Shown: in pieces, positions 8,714 through 19,016 of the stretch
Numbering within the stretch: the stretch's first letter is position 1
Layout of the letters: each line of letters begins with the position of its first letter
Virus record (IMG/VR): IMGVR_UViG_3300033146_003879
Coordinates: 54,990 to 118,989 of that record
DNA length: 64,000 bases
DNA from: a virus
Lineage: Duplodnaviria; Heunggongvirae; Uroviricota; Caudoviricetes
Direction: 5' to 3' (one strand)
The notes under the pieces: model-generated
Databases searched by the model: none
Told to the model about the DNA's origin: nothing
The model's input: only the letters and a program-made list of their open reading frames with translations
Program-made: the position numbers and the translations under genes

Positions 8714-11158
8714 TTACAGAATTGTGTTTGTATTTATTCTTCTTACGTATATTTTGTTCTTGTTTCCTTTTTCTATTATGGTATCCAGTGCTAGCATTAG
8801 GTCTTTGTACTCTATTTCAGTTTCCGGTGGACTCTGACCGTTAGACATTTCTAGCATTGCTACTCCACGCCTTGTTATGGTTGTCCCTTTACTGTCTTTT
8901 ATTTTAGACAATGCTTCTTTTGCGGACCTCTCCATATTCTCAGCTCTCGCTTCCAGCCTCTTCTTAGCATCGCTCCATTGATCACCTATATTGTCTGCTT
9001 CTTTCTTCACTTGTTGAGCTAATGTGCCGATTTCATCTATCGCGGACAACATGTTTAACATGGTCTTAAGCATGTCTGACCCTCCCAAAAGAAGGACCCC
9101 TCCATACACGTATCTCGTCATGTTATTTTCAGCAAACACTTTATTTATTAATGTCTTAGCTTCTGTAGGATCTCCGTTTATTACACCTGCAACCATACCC
9201 ATCCCAGGCATATCTAACGCGTCCTTCATTCTTTTAAGAAGATCTAATAAATAGTCTTTTAATATGCGGTTTATAAGCGCCCTAACCATCTCTGTGATAG
9301 ACACCACATCCTTTGTTATGTCCATAGCATCGTCTATAATATCTATCGCAAACTCACCTACTGCGTTTATATCATCGACAATCTCGTATATAGTCTTAAC
9401 TACCTTCTTATTCTTACCAAGTAGCTCCTCCATTGTAACAGATGCAAGTGATCCTCCTCTCCAGCGTTTTGCACTGTGGTCGTCCGTCCACATATTGCTT
9501 TCTTCATCAGCCTTTTTGTTGTAACCAGCTACAGGAATAGCATAGTAATTACTTACAGGGGTGTACTCAATCCGATACTTGCTTGCGTAGTTCTCCATAT
9601 AGTCCGTCACGAGTGTTACTATATCATCCTCACTGATCTCATCACCCTTTAATATAATGTCGCTAGGTAAGGCATATTCTTCTGAAGGCACCACATGTAT
9701 AGCAACACTATAGTCGTAGTCTTCCAACTCAAGTTCTTCTTTATCGGTATCTGATAGTTGTATCGAGAATTTAGAAGGTGTGTAGCCTGAAGGGAGTAAG
9801 CCGCCTATAGCGATCTTCTCCTGTATATCACTATACTCGAATGACAACTTGCGTGTGTAGTATGAGGCGTTAACGTCACTGGGGTTAGACCCCATTTCCA
9901 ACAGTGTTAACCACGCTTTTGTTTGACTAAATGTAGTTATTGCCAACATATGCATTATCTCTTCTATATACTCATCAGCGAGTTCTGCATCAACCTCCAT
10001 ACTCGCTGCTCCTAACTGCGTCGTTATTCTACTAAGGTAGTACCCTCTCTCATCAAACGTAAGGTTTTCTGTCGTTGCTACCGCTAGGTCAACAGGAGGA
10101 AGTATCGCCATAATGTCATGTTGCATATTTCTATATAATACTATCTTCTTCGTCTTACTAGAGTCTTCCTTTCCTACCCCTACGAGTGTTATTGCCGTTA
10201 TTGTAACTTTAGTATTATCCGGCAACACCAATGTCACATCAAATGTGTTCGAGGAAGCCACATACTCAGCTTGTTTCTTAAGCGCATTAACAGATACATT
10301 ATCAACAACACCGCCGTCTGCACCGACCTTTATTGCACTTCTATTCTTATAAGACAACAAAACAGATTCCCCAACATCAGCGTCATTTTCTCGCACAGTA
10401 TCTATGGTGGTAGATGCGTATGTTCCTGTCTTAACGCTATCAACCAGTACTTCAGCCATCTTAGCGATAGCATCTTTCCTTTCCGCAGCTAAACGCTTCT
10501 GTTCGTTACGCAATCTTGACCTATCCTCTTCGGTTAACGCACCTTCTAATTCAGTATACGTCTCCTTTAATCTAGCACTGTGTTTCTTTAACATTTTAGA
10601 TATTTTAGCTATGTCATTTGTTACCATATTTGAAGCATCGTCAATGGCATCCATTAAAGCATCCGTGCTAAATGCCGGGAGATACAGTGGAAAAAATACA
10701 AAACCCCACACCCTATCGCCGGATGGTTTATTCTGCCACTCGGTAAGAACCTCCTCTAGGCGAGGATCAAATCCCCTAGCCATAGGTATGCCCCACCGGT
10801 TCTTCTCTGCAACGAATGCAGTAACCTTTATCTCTCCTCCTGCCTTTATGCTCATAAACATAGCAACTGCTTTATTCATGATTGCTAGCACTGTTTGTAT
10901 TGTTGTTTTTGCAAGGAGTAAGGCAGGGTCCGAGTACGCCGTTATAGCATCCTCTACCATTAACAACGCTGCATTAGCTTCGTCAATACCTAACATGAGC
11001 ACGTCGATTGCTTCCGGCGCCTTGTCAATAAGTATTGTCAAGGGACCCAACAAACCCTTCTTCACAGCTTCATTCAAGATTTTTCCAGCGGGGTCAAAAG
11101 ACACCCACTCAGAGAAAGACTCAAGATTACCTTTACTTAATTGATCTCCGATTCCCAT
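8714..11158 (-). CDS. Large hypothetical structural (baseplate-region) protein
   Basis: 814-aa ORF, GGAGG RBS, lies in the baseplate operon; helical N- and C-terminal regions resemble each other. Confidence 0.4.
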   Translation of the reverse strand: MGIGDQLSKGNLESFSEWVSFDPAGKILNEAVKKGLLGPLTILIDKAPEAIDVLMLGIDEANAALLMVEDAITAYSDPALLLAKTTIQTVLAIMNKAVAMFMSIKAGGEIKVTAFVAEKNRWGIPMARGFDPRLEEVLTEWQNKPSGDRVWGFVFFPLYLPAFSTDALMDAIDDASNMVTNDIAKISKMLKKHSARLKETYTELEGALTEEDRSRLRNEQKRLAAERKDAIAKMAEVLVDSVKTGTYASTTIDTVRENDADVGESVLLSYKNRSAIKVGADGGVVDNVSVNALKKQAEYVASSNTFDVTLVLPDNTKVTITAITLVGVGKEDSSKTKKIVLYRNMQHDIMAILPPVDLAVATTENLTFDERGYYLSRITTQLGAASMEVDAELADEYIEEIMHMLAITTFSQTKAWLTLLEMGSNPSDVNASYYTRKLSFEYSDIQEKIAIGGLLPSGYTPSKFSIQLSDTDKEELELEDYDYSVAIHVVPSEEYALPSDIILKGDEISEDDIVTLVTDYMENYASKYRIEYTPVSNYYAIPVAGYNKKADEESNMWTDDHSAKRWRGGSLASVTMEELLGKNKKVVKTIYEIVDDINAVGEFAIDIIDDAMDITKDVVSITEMVRALINRILKDYLLDLLKRMKDALDMPGMGMVAGVINGDPTEAKTLINKVFAENNMTRYVYGGVLLLGGSDMLKTMLNMLSAIDEIGTLAQQVKKEADNIGDQWSDAKKRLEARAENMERSAKEALSKIKDSKGTTITRRGVAMLEMSNGQSPPETEIEYKDLMLALDTIIEKGNKNKIYVRRINTNTIL

Positions 11159-11166
11159 ATCGCCTC

Positions 11167-12420
11167 CTAAGGCAGTGATCCGTTAGGTACAAATGAAGGT
11201 AGTTCGATGTAACTATTAACAACAAACGGAGCATTCGCATTGTAGTTTATAAGGAGTGTTTTTAGTGGGTCTAACGCTGACAGTGGGGCGCAGAGAGGAT
11301 TCTTTGATGCCGCACTTATCGCAGTAAGCATAGCGTCGACTGTTTTATATAATGAGTCGAGTGATTTCTGCGTCGCATCACCATTGGCAACATGCTCACC
11401 CTTACCAAGCAGCTCCATACTCATACCTTTAACTTTAACAGACCCATCCATCCCTTTGAATGACATCCCACTTAACATACCCGCCTTCATATTAATATCA
11501 CCACCACTCCCGTTATTACCTTTTGCATTTATAGCTATGTTCTGGCCATCAAGCCTAAGGAGTACGGTTCCCATAAGGGACATCGTCTGCCCGGTTAGTG
11601 AAAATACCTTCATCGCCGACATTATAATACTCTGACCAGATAACGCAGCCTCCCCACCCACCATAACAGTAAGCCCCTCCTTAATATCAATAACAGCTTT
11701 CACAAGTTGTGATCTAAGTGATTTAGCCAGATTGACCGCTATGCTATCGTCTGCTATACTGTGGTTAAACACTTCATGCCCAAACATTGATGCTACTATA
11801 CCGCTCTTTGTAACCGTTAGTGATATCATCTCGCTATCCAACGCTATCTTAAGCATGGAATTCGTATCACTGGAGAACTCTAACTTACCTATCTTCATCT
11901 TTACCACAGGAGTAGTATTCCTATCACTCAATACCGACACATCAATAGAGTCTCCATCAAGTATTCTCATCTTGCGAGCAAACAGAGTAACCGCATCTGC
12001 TGTACCATCGAAGAGTATTCTACTAAAAAGGGACGCTCCGATAATACTCTTAAACCCTCGTAGTAGATACATGAACCCTGTTCCTGGTCGCTGGAACAAT
12101 TCATCACCTTCCCGCACAGCGGCAGACTGCCTATTATCATACACAACAGGGGCAACGCTTGCTTTTGCTCCTGGAACAAAGTCCTCACCGAGACAATTGC
12201 GTTCGTACGCAATAACAGCTGTCACAATCCTATCCTTCGGATCGTACGCAACAACACAGTCTTTTGTAACCCCTTGCACATTTATAGGTACCGTAAGATT
12301 AGCTACCTGTGTTCCTGAGCTAGTATCAACAATCGTTACCATACGACTCTTAACTTCTGAGTAAAGTACTATTCCAATCATGTAACGTACCCTCGATGTA
12401 CCGTTGTATTTGCCTCCCAT
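11167..12420 (-). CDS. Putative baseplate spike/gp5-like (gpV-like) protein
   Basis: N-terminal OB-like beta region followed by repetitive beta-helix-like segments (SIIMSAMKVFSLTGQTMSLMG...INAKG...INMKAG); tail/baseplate context. Confidence 0.45.
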   Translation of the reverse strand: MGGKYNGTSRVRYMIGIVLYSEVKSRMVTIVDTSSGTQVANLTVPINVQGVTKDCVVAYDPKDRIVTAVIAYERNCLGEDFVPGAKASVAPVVYDNRQSAAVREGDELFQRPGTGFMYLLRGFKSIIGASLFSRILFDGTADAVTLFARKMRILDGDSIDVSVLSDRNTTPVVKMKIGKLEFSSDTNSMLKIALDSEMISLTVTKSGIVASMFGHEVFNHSIADDSIAVNLAKSLRSQLVKAVIDIKEGLTVMVGGEAALSGQSIIMSAMKVFSLTGQTMSLMGTVLLRLDGQNIAINAKGNNGSGGDINMKAGMLSGMSFKGMDGSVKVKGMSMELLGKGEHVANGDATQKSLDSLYKTVDAMLTAISAASKNPLCAPLSALDPLKTLLINYNANAPFVVNSYIELPSFVPNGSLP

Positions 12421-13205
12421 AACGGAGCATAACCACTATACACAGAATTAACAAGGAACTCAACTATATCATCCCTAACTTGATCTACATCACCTTTTGA
12501 ATGGGACATAAGGAACTGTTCTGCTAAGAGATCTTCAGGCAATGCTCTCCATATAGGAATGCTAACCGCAGGCATCCCAAACTCCCCAGGATACATGAAC
12601 AAAGACTTCTCTACCAAGTAGTCTTCAAGCATACGCGCTGAGCACCCATTCTTATATATATAATTACGCGCGCGCGCTTTATATATAGAGAGTACATTTA
12701 ACATTGCGAAGAATCCATAATATCTAAGATCGCCGGTATTTGGTGAAATGAAGGATCCGTCTACCATATTAAGCAGGTAGTTATTTGCGTCTAAACCCCC
12801 TTCAATGAGGTCCTTCACGGCCGGAGTAGCACCATTGTTTCCGTACGTATAATACCGAATAGAGCGCTCTTGATTCTTGTACATAGGCTCTTTCTCTGTT
12901 ACTATATAGTTCATACTACCAAGCACAAGGAGACGCATTGTGGTGTCTCCTCTGTAGATAGGGAACACCGAACTACTGCTGATAGGAGAGGGACCACGAT
13001 AATCAACATGGTTTGCATACATAGGTACCGACACCCCCGCACCAAAGGGCGGCCTTACATCTACAATCCTACATACACCGTGGGAGTACACATTGTTTGA
13101 TTTGCTTGCGTAGGGATAAAATAAAGACACCCGTATAATCATCTCGCCTTCGGGGTGCTCAGAGCTCCCACGATACACGCCCTCTCTATATACATTAACC
13201 ATCAC
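12378..13205 (-). CDS. Hypothetical baseplate-region protein
   Basis: 275-aa ORF coupled to its neighbours in the structural operon. Confidence 0.4.
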   Translation of the reverse strand: MMVNVYREGVYRGSSEHPEGEMIIRVSLFYPYASKSNNVYSHGVCRIVDVRPPFGAGVSVPMYANHVDYRGPSPISSSSVFPIYRGDTTMRLLVLGSMNYIVTEKEPMYKNQERSIRYYTYGNNGATPAVKDLIEGGLDANNYLLNMVDGSFISPNTGDLRYYGFFAMLNVLSIYKARARNYIYKNGCSARMLEDYLVEKSLFMYPGEFGMPAVSIPIWRALPEDLLAEQFLMSHSKGDVDQVRDDIVEFLVNSVYSGYAPLWEANTTVHRGYVT

Positions 13206-13212
13206 TGCCTCA

Positions 13213-14190
13213 CTATTTTACTATATCACTCAATTCAGTGTTTTCGCTGGTATACACGATCGAGAATGTTTCAACATCTTTATGGTTATTGGTAAGACGC
13301 GGAACAGACTGCAGCACCATATCCTTAAACACATAGTCCCCAATAACAATATCTACAGGAGGATTACCAAATGAGTACCAGGTATCAAAAAAAGAGGTGT
13401 ATATATCAAGCCACTGTGTGTCGTATGTATTAAATGCGAGGTTATCTGTCAGTATGAGGGATGGGTTTGTCCTTCCTCTTGTTACTTGCAGTAACCGAGC
13501 ATGGCTCAGTGGGTGCATAGATGACGCAGTCCTCGGTGGGTTAAACTGCACAGCTCTTGGGTACAATTTAATATAAATACGAGAGTCGTCGCGGTTGTTT
13601 CTATCCGTGTTTCCTAGGTCCTTGCTGGGATCCGGCTTGTAGAACCCCCCATCAATTGTACTATCCCGTAGTTTCTTAACCCCGCTCTCATACACGCGGG
13701 ACACCACACCACTGCGAACCAATGCTGTCATTATGGCACTTCCCGATGTAATAGGAGCTTCGTTATGTATCATCCTAGCAGACTTCTTAGTATCTATGCG
13801 AGAGTGTTGGTAAATAAACATAGATGATTGTGATGCCACATTACTATAGGTTTGCATCAAGCTATCTAACTCACTTATTTGAGCATCTGACAACTGACTA
13901 CCGGACAGCATGAGAGTTACACCGCTCTGATTATTCTTCTTTAATATCATAGGCTTAACAAACTTTGTTATTTGAGCAAGCGCTCGAGAACTAGTGAGAT
14001 CAACACCATCGCCTGAGGAATCACCATCACCCCACAAGTAGCTTGCATAATCTTTCTGAAAAGCAACCACCCTGTTTGCAGAGTTAAGGGTTAACTTCTT
14101 AATAGTTGTACCTGTTTTACTATCGGCACCGACGCTATCAAGCAGCGGTGAACCTGTTGTAGTCGCCACCCTCGGATACAGTATATGCAT
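13213..14190 (-). CDS. Putative tail tube initiator/baseplate protein
   Basis: 325 aa, first gene after the CTATAAT motif (14232-14238); tube-fold-like C-terminus (DIVIGDYVFKDMVLQS...FSIVY). Confidence 0.35.
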   Translation of the reverse strand: MHILYPRVATTTGSPLLDSVGADSKTGTTIKKLTLNSANRVVAFQKDYASYLWGDGDSSGDGVDLTSSRALAQITKFVKPMILKKNNQSGVTLMLSGSQLSDAQISELDSLMQTYSNVASQSSMFIYQHSRIDTKKSARMIHNEAPITSGSAIMTALVRSGVVSRVYESGVKKLRDSTIDGGFYKPDPSKDLGNTDRNNRDDSRIYIKLYPRAVQFNPPRTASSMHPLSHARLLQVTRGRTNPSLILTDNLAFNTYDTQWLDIYTSFFDTWYSFGNPPVDIVIGDYVFKDMVLQSVPRLTNNHKDVETFSIVYTSENTELSDIVK

Positions 14191-14242
14191 TTCTCACCTC
14201 GAAAAAATAAAGGACCTCGATTGCTGCTTTAATTATAGAGTA

Positions 14243-14265
14243 AGCCCCCTGCATTGCAAGGGGCT
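14243..14265 (-). terminator. Hairpin ending the Ubl module
   Basis: AGCCCCUUGC-AAU-GCAGGGGGCU 10-bp stem just after the ThiF stop; weak U-tract. Confidence 0.5.
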
Positions 14266-14271
14266 AAACTC

Positions 14272-15876
14272 TTAAGACGCTTCTTTGATCTTCTTTTTCT
14301 TCTTGGCGGTCTTAGCAGTAGCAGCCTTCGCCGTCACTACTTTTGCCCTCTTTTCCTTGTCTTTATTCGCCTGTTCACGTGCTCGTTCTTCTGCAGCTTC
14401 CCGAGCAAGTGCCGCTGCCAGCGTATTTCTCATACGAGCATACCCCGTTGCCCCTTGCGCAATGACTTTTGAGTGTATGCTCGATCCGTGGATAGATATA
14501 CCATCAGTAACAGCTTCAACAACAGGATCGAGGTCCCAGAAGGTTGCCATATCATCCTCTGTTGTTCCAGCTTCTGCTGCAAAGAATTCCACCATGTTAA
14601 TAGAGGCATCCACATCAAACTCAGTAGTTTGATCATGTTCAGCTGCTAGCTTCCCAGCCAGATCTATTACCTGCTCGTCGGTAACATCTCCATCAGGTAT
14701 CGTGAGAAGTACTTTCCTGATAGCACCGCGCGTCCTTCCTAGTTTTCTTTCAGGTATGGCGGGAAGGCCGTGATTTCTCAGGGTATAAATCCCAGAGATA
14801 GAACTTCCTGTTTCATCTCTGAGCTCGTTAATGCGTGATATATTAGTACCCATTGCCGCTAGAATAGTTTCACGATGAACTCCTTTAGCAGTACTCACGC
14901 CACCTAGCTCTGCAATATTCCACAATTTCGCAATCCATCCAGCAACAACCCCGGTGAGGTGTGTGGCCGCCATCATATTCATGGTAGCTGTCTGTGGAAC
15001 CGGCGCTGTCTCTTCCGTGACAGCACAACTATGTAGCGCATCAGGTACAGTCAAGTCGGCGTTATACACATGCGTATAGTCAACAAGGGGTGTATTAACA
15101 GCGCCATTTATAGCAAAGTCAACATCATCATTACCAGCATCGATGTATGCGTAAGATGCGCTAGCGCCACCTCGACCAGCATTCGACAATAGTACTTTAA
15201 GCCCTTCTACAGGAAACAATCCAGACGCGTTTATATTGCCGTCGGAATATCTTGTAACCGCCCTGACGTGAGAGGCCTCCTCGTCATCTATGAAATAAAC
15301 TGCGGTGCGAGCGTCAAAATCTTTTTCCGCCACCGCTTCGATTATCTCTTTGACAGGTTCGATAGATTCAGCAAACCTATCAAATGCAAATTCTCGAGTT
15401 TTGCTTACATGTTTATGATAGTGCTTCTCAAGGGTCTTCCTTGTTAGGTTGTTGTCTACACACATTACAGTTATCGCGGCAGCAACTTGCTCGGGGAATA
15501 ACATCTCCTTAAGGTCCTCGTCAAGATCCCCGTCCGCATTCTCCAACACCAATCTCTCGACCGCCTCTATCCTAATTGCGGGCATATAACCATTCCCAGT
15601 ATTGAGGTGAGGGTCTGTTTGCACTACCGCGGCTGCGAGTATGCGTTCGAGCTTCATGCGCAGATAATCAACCTTCGTCATGCCTATGGATTCCATACCA
15701 AGAAAATGCTGCCGCACCAGGTTGCGTAACTCAATACGATCGTTGTCTATCAAGTTGATAAGCACGGCGCGATCCTCATCTTCGTGGCGCATCCCAATAA
15801 CAGCTCTCAGTATTTGTTCTGAGAACCAGGCGCCGGTACCCCCAGCGCCTATGATGTTTATAGTAATCGCGTTCAT
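14272..15876 (-). CDS. ThiF/E1-like ubiquitin-activating family adenylyltransferase
   Basis: IIGAGGTG, IDNDRIELRNLVRQHF, KVD, CVDNNLTR, YIDAGN and a candidate catalytic Cys in HSCA...PQT. Confidence 0.9.
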   Translation of the reverse strand: MNAITINIIGAGGTGAWFSEQILRAVIGMRHEDEDRAVLINLIDNDRIELRNLVRQHFLGMESIGMTKVDYLRMKLERILAAAVVQTDPHLNTGNGYMPAIRIEAVERLVLENADGDLDEDLKEMLFPEQVAAAITVMCVDNNLTRKTLEKHYHKHVSKTREFAFDRFAESIEPVKEIIEAVAEKDFDARTAVYFIDDEEASHVRAVTRYSDGNINASGLFPVEGLKVLLSNAGRGGASASYAYIDAGNDDVDFAINGAVNTPLVDYTHVYNADLTVPDALHSCAVTEETAPVPQTATMNMMAATHLTGVVAGWIAKLWNIAELGGVSTAKGVHRETILAAMGTNISRINELRDETGSSISGIYTLRNHGLPAIPERKLGRTRGAIRKVLLTIPDGDVTDEQVIDLAGKLAAEHDQTTEFDVDASINMVEFFAAEAGTTEDDMATFWDLDPVVEAVTDGISIHGSSIHSKVIAQGATGYARMRNTLAAALAREAAEERAREQANKDKEKRAKVVTAKAATAKTAKKKKKIKEAS

Positions 15877-18521
15877 TACTCCGCTTCCTCCGTTTTAGAT
15901 TGTCCTTTCTCAGCCACTCCCTGAGCAAGAACTGTGTTCTTGTCAAACAGCACCTGCAGTCTGTCCTTCCAACCAACAAGTGCTCCTCTAGCACTCACAT
16001 CATGAGCTGCGGTGTCTAACAACCTACAGATGATTGCAACAGTAAGGAGTATATTTGCTGCATACATCGCGTCAGCTATAGTATGTATTTCCAACTCGTC
16101 AGCAAACTCCTCAATAAGTGGTCTCGGAATAGGCTTAACCAGGTTAGTTGTGAGTGCGGGTGGTGCAATAACTGCTTCCGAATCCGTCGAATAATGTGTA
16201 TACAGCATACCAGCAACCTTAAGCATATTATCATTCATGACTTTTTCGACAGCACTCCAAGGACGTAAGTATTGAGTTTGCTTAATAAGAGCCTCAACTC
16301 CTGGGTGGATTGCATAATGCATAGCGAGGTTGTACACGGTTCCGTAAGAAACAACTTTAGGGTCGATACCCTCTGCACCTACACTATACTTCTCGTATAT
16401 GTCAACCTCCATCAAATTCGCTTCATACATTGCAACCAGTTCAGCATACACTTCTGTAGGGATATCTTTCGCTGCCCACGAATTCTGTGCCATAACACCA
16501 GCAACCGCTTCAATAAAGAGGATATCTATAGCTACAGCATGCACTTGCTCTGTGGCATCAAACTCAGGAACGGCATATCTTTCAATAGCGTCATCAACAA
16601 CACTCAGCGATACAGGGTAGAACTGCGCGGTGTAATCCTCAACAGGTTTTGCTTCGCCTGTTGCTGGCATAATATCTGCCATCTCCTCTATGTACTCTTC
16701 GACAAAGCTCGCTTCTATCTCAAACAGTGTTTCCATGTGTTCCTCAGCAGCGTCAAGTGTCAGTTTGTCTATAGAAAGCTTTTCGTCATTAACACACGAC
16801 TCTGCTATACCTATGAGGTTAGCAACAACAGAATCTATCGCATCGCCGTCAACGTGAGATTTCACAACGCTCTTAATCGGTTCCAGTTCTGCAATTTTAG
16901 GAGCTGGTGTAGTAGCAGTTCTTAACGCAGGTGCCGTGGTGTGAGGCGAGGTTCTTCCAGCGCCGATAGAATCGAACATATCGACTCCTGCATATTGCTC
17001 CCACGCGGTTCGATAACCACGATAGTTATTCTGGTAGTTTCCGGTGTATCCTGTGTACCTTGGTGCGTGGAAAAGCTTGTACCCCTTATCTTCAAGTGGG
17101 GACTGCTTCAAGAACGCTCTGTGCGCTCCATTTACATTACGAAACAGTGTAGTGTGATCAATCCGCAGGTTTTTGTCGAGATATTTTGATGTTCCAGGAA
17201 TAAGCGTATATGCAGAGAACGTTGACGCCATGATATCGATGTACAATGTAAGCTCTACCTTTCGCTCAAGTTCGTCTCTCTCCATAAGTGCCAAGCCAAT
17301 AGGTGCGGTCTCTCCTGACATCTCAAGCTTACTGTCTCCTTTGTGAATATGAACGAGAATCTTAACACCATTGACTACAAGAATCTTTCGTACAGCTGTG
17401 AGGAGTTCAACCCCCGCGTTACCAAATCTCGATAAACCCATTTCGGCTTCCAGCTTGGTACGAAGCTCCATAACGTCGAGTGAGTTTGGGACAAAAGCGC
17501 AGTCGACAACATCAACATCATTACGGAAGAAGAATCTACCATCGCTACCTTCAATCGCTTCTGCGTAGGATTTAACAACAGCAGCCTTAGGCTTTATCGC
17601 ATTAGCCGTGTACCCTCCTGTAGCAGGGACCAACAAGGCATTAGTTGGCTGCTTAAAGGACTTGCGTTTATACTTCTTCTTGTGCCCGCCAATAATTCTG
17701 TGTAACCACGATCCGCCTGTTCTCTTCAACGCAGCTTGCTCAGCGGCGACGCGTGCGTCTTTTACTTCTTTGTGGCGCTCTATAACAGTATTTATATGCT
17801 CAAGAGTAAGCTCATCCAGTGCTTCCTCTGCTGTCTCGGTGAGACGCCAATGCATGTCTGGAACACCGTTTGTAAATGCATCTTTCGGATCAAGAAATTT
17901 CTTAACTCCAGACAATCTTACATTCACACCACCAAACTCGTTGCTACTAGGAGAAAACGTAATGTTACCGTAGTAGCGTCCATTCATCTTCTCTGTTGAG
18001 GCCTGATCGGGACCGGAAAACATTCCGGGGGCAACACCGAACGGGTGGCTGTGAAATTCTCCAACAATTACTGCATTTGGATAATGCATAAACATGCGCT
18101 TAATTGCGGGTATCTCAACCGTATAAAATGCGCCTTGTAGATCTTGATATTCAGGACACACAACAAAGTACTCCCCAGAGTCATTGTCTCGCATAACAAA
18201 TGCGCACGCCTCTGTGCCGAGCTCGGCAGAGATTTTACCAATAACTTGACGTACTTGAATGAGCACTTCTGTAGGAAGCTTTTCTTTTATCCATGTCTTG
18301 ACCGGAACCTGAGCTTCTTCTGGAACTTTATACCACTCACCGTCGTGCGGTATAATTTCACTATAGTTGCGATCTGCCTCAATCATGTTAAGTAGCGACA
18401 CTCCTTCTTCAGAAGTATCAAGCACAACTTGCGGCGTTGACTCAAGAGTGTCTGCTACAGGATACTCTGATATTGCGAGCTCTGATACGCAGGTTACTGC
18501 GATGTTTTTCTTTTTTAGCAT
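15876..18521 (-). CDS. JAB/MPN+ metallopeptidase with long acidic C-terminal extension
   Basis: TEAC...EFHSHPFGVAPGMFSGPD matches E-xn-H-S-H-x(7-8)-S-x2-D; start taken at MLKKKN behind GGAGGAAATCCCT; stop overlaps the ThiF start (TAATG). Confidence 0.85.
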   Translation of the reverse strand: MLKKKNIAVTCVSELAISEYPVADTLESTPQVVLDTSEEGVSLLNMIEADRNYSEIIPHDGEWYKVPEEAQVPVKTWIKEKLPTEVLIQVRQVIGKISAELGTEACAFVMRDNDSGEYFVVCPEYQDLQGAFYTVEIPAIKRMFMHYPNAVIVGEFHSHPFGVAPGMFSGPDQASTEKMNGRYYGNITFSPSSNEFGGVNVRLSGVKKFLDPKDAFTNGVPDMHWRLTETAEEALDELTLEHINTVIERHKEVKDARVAAEQAALKRTGGSWLHRIIGGHKKKYKRKSFKQPTNALLVPATGGYTANAIKPKAAVVKSYAEAIEGSDGRFFFRNDVDVVDCAFVPNSLDVMELRTKLEAEMGLSRFGNAGVELLTAVRKILVVNGVKILVHIHKGDSKLEMSGETAPIGLALMERDELERKVELTLYIDIMASTFSAYTLIPGTSKYLDKNLRIDHTTLFRNVNGAHRAFLKQSPLEDKGYKLFHAPRYTGYTGNYQNNYRGYRTAWEQYAGVDMFDSIGAGRTSPHTTAPALRTATTPAPKIAELEPIKSVVKSHVDGDAIDSVVANLIGIAESCVNDEKLSIDKLTLDAAEEHMETLFEIEASFVEEYIEEMADIMPATGEAKPVEDYTAQFYPVSLSVVDDAIERYAVPEFDATEQVHAVAIDILFIEAVAGVMAQNSWAAKDIPTEVYAELVAMYEANLMEVDIYEKYSVGAEGIDPKVVSYGTVYNLAMHYAIHPGVEALIKQTQYLRPWSAVEKVMNDNMLKVAGMLYTHYSTDSEAVIAPPALTTNLVKPIPRPLIEEFADELEIHTIADAMYAANILLTVAIICRLLDTAAHDVSARGALVGWKDRLQVLFDKNTVLAQGVAEKGQSKTEEAE

Positions 18522-18571
18522 AGGGATTTCCTCCAATATTTACAAATGTATTTCCAAAAAATAAGCGAGGA

Positions 18572-18611
18572 GGAGCCCGTTTATATCCGCCAGCAGATAT
18601 AAACAGGCTCA
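18572..18611 (-). terminator. Stem-loop between Ubl and JAB genes
   Basis: Inverted repeat GAGCC-C-GTTTATATC / GATATAAAC-A-GGCTC on the plus strand; may be an attenuator or mRNA stabiliser. Confidence 0.45.
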
Positions 18612-18620
18612 CTCGTTAAG

Positions 18621-18923
18621 TTACGCGACGGCGCCGGAAGCCTTAGACTTCACGGCCGTACTTGCTACAATCTCCTCTTCATAGGTACGATCTTGTGCAC
18701 CGTATGATTGCTGAACAACAGGGCTTGACTCCCCTGCGCTGTCGGGAACGTTGTTCGCAAACTCGCGAACCTCCCTCAAGTTCATGCCGTCAAGATCGGG
18801 TGGCATCTGGTCGCCTCTGGATTTTGCAGCAGCAAAAGCTGCAACAAACTTTGATGTAAAGTTAGACCCTACACCTTCAACAGTCACAGTACGAGATCCG
18901 AAACGGAGCTGGTAAGTTTTCAT
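18621..18923 (-). CDS. Ubiquitin-like (beta-grasp) protein candidate
   Basis: 100 aa from MKTYQLRFGSRTVTVEG (beta-hairpin then helix), ending KSKASG-AVA; directly upstream of JAB and E1. Confidence 0.55.
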   Translation of the reverse strand: MKTYQLRFGSRTVTVEGVGSNFTSKFVAAFAAAKSRGDQMPPDLDGMNLREVREFANNVPDSAGESSPVVQQSYGAQDRTYEEEIVASTAVKSKASGAVA

Positions 18924-19016
18924 TGGGATTTCCTCCAAGTTATGTACATAAATGGGACAATGCGCCCCTACCATATTCTTATACCACATCAGGTGCTTCA
19001 TTTTGCATTATGGTAC

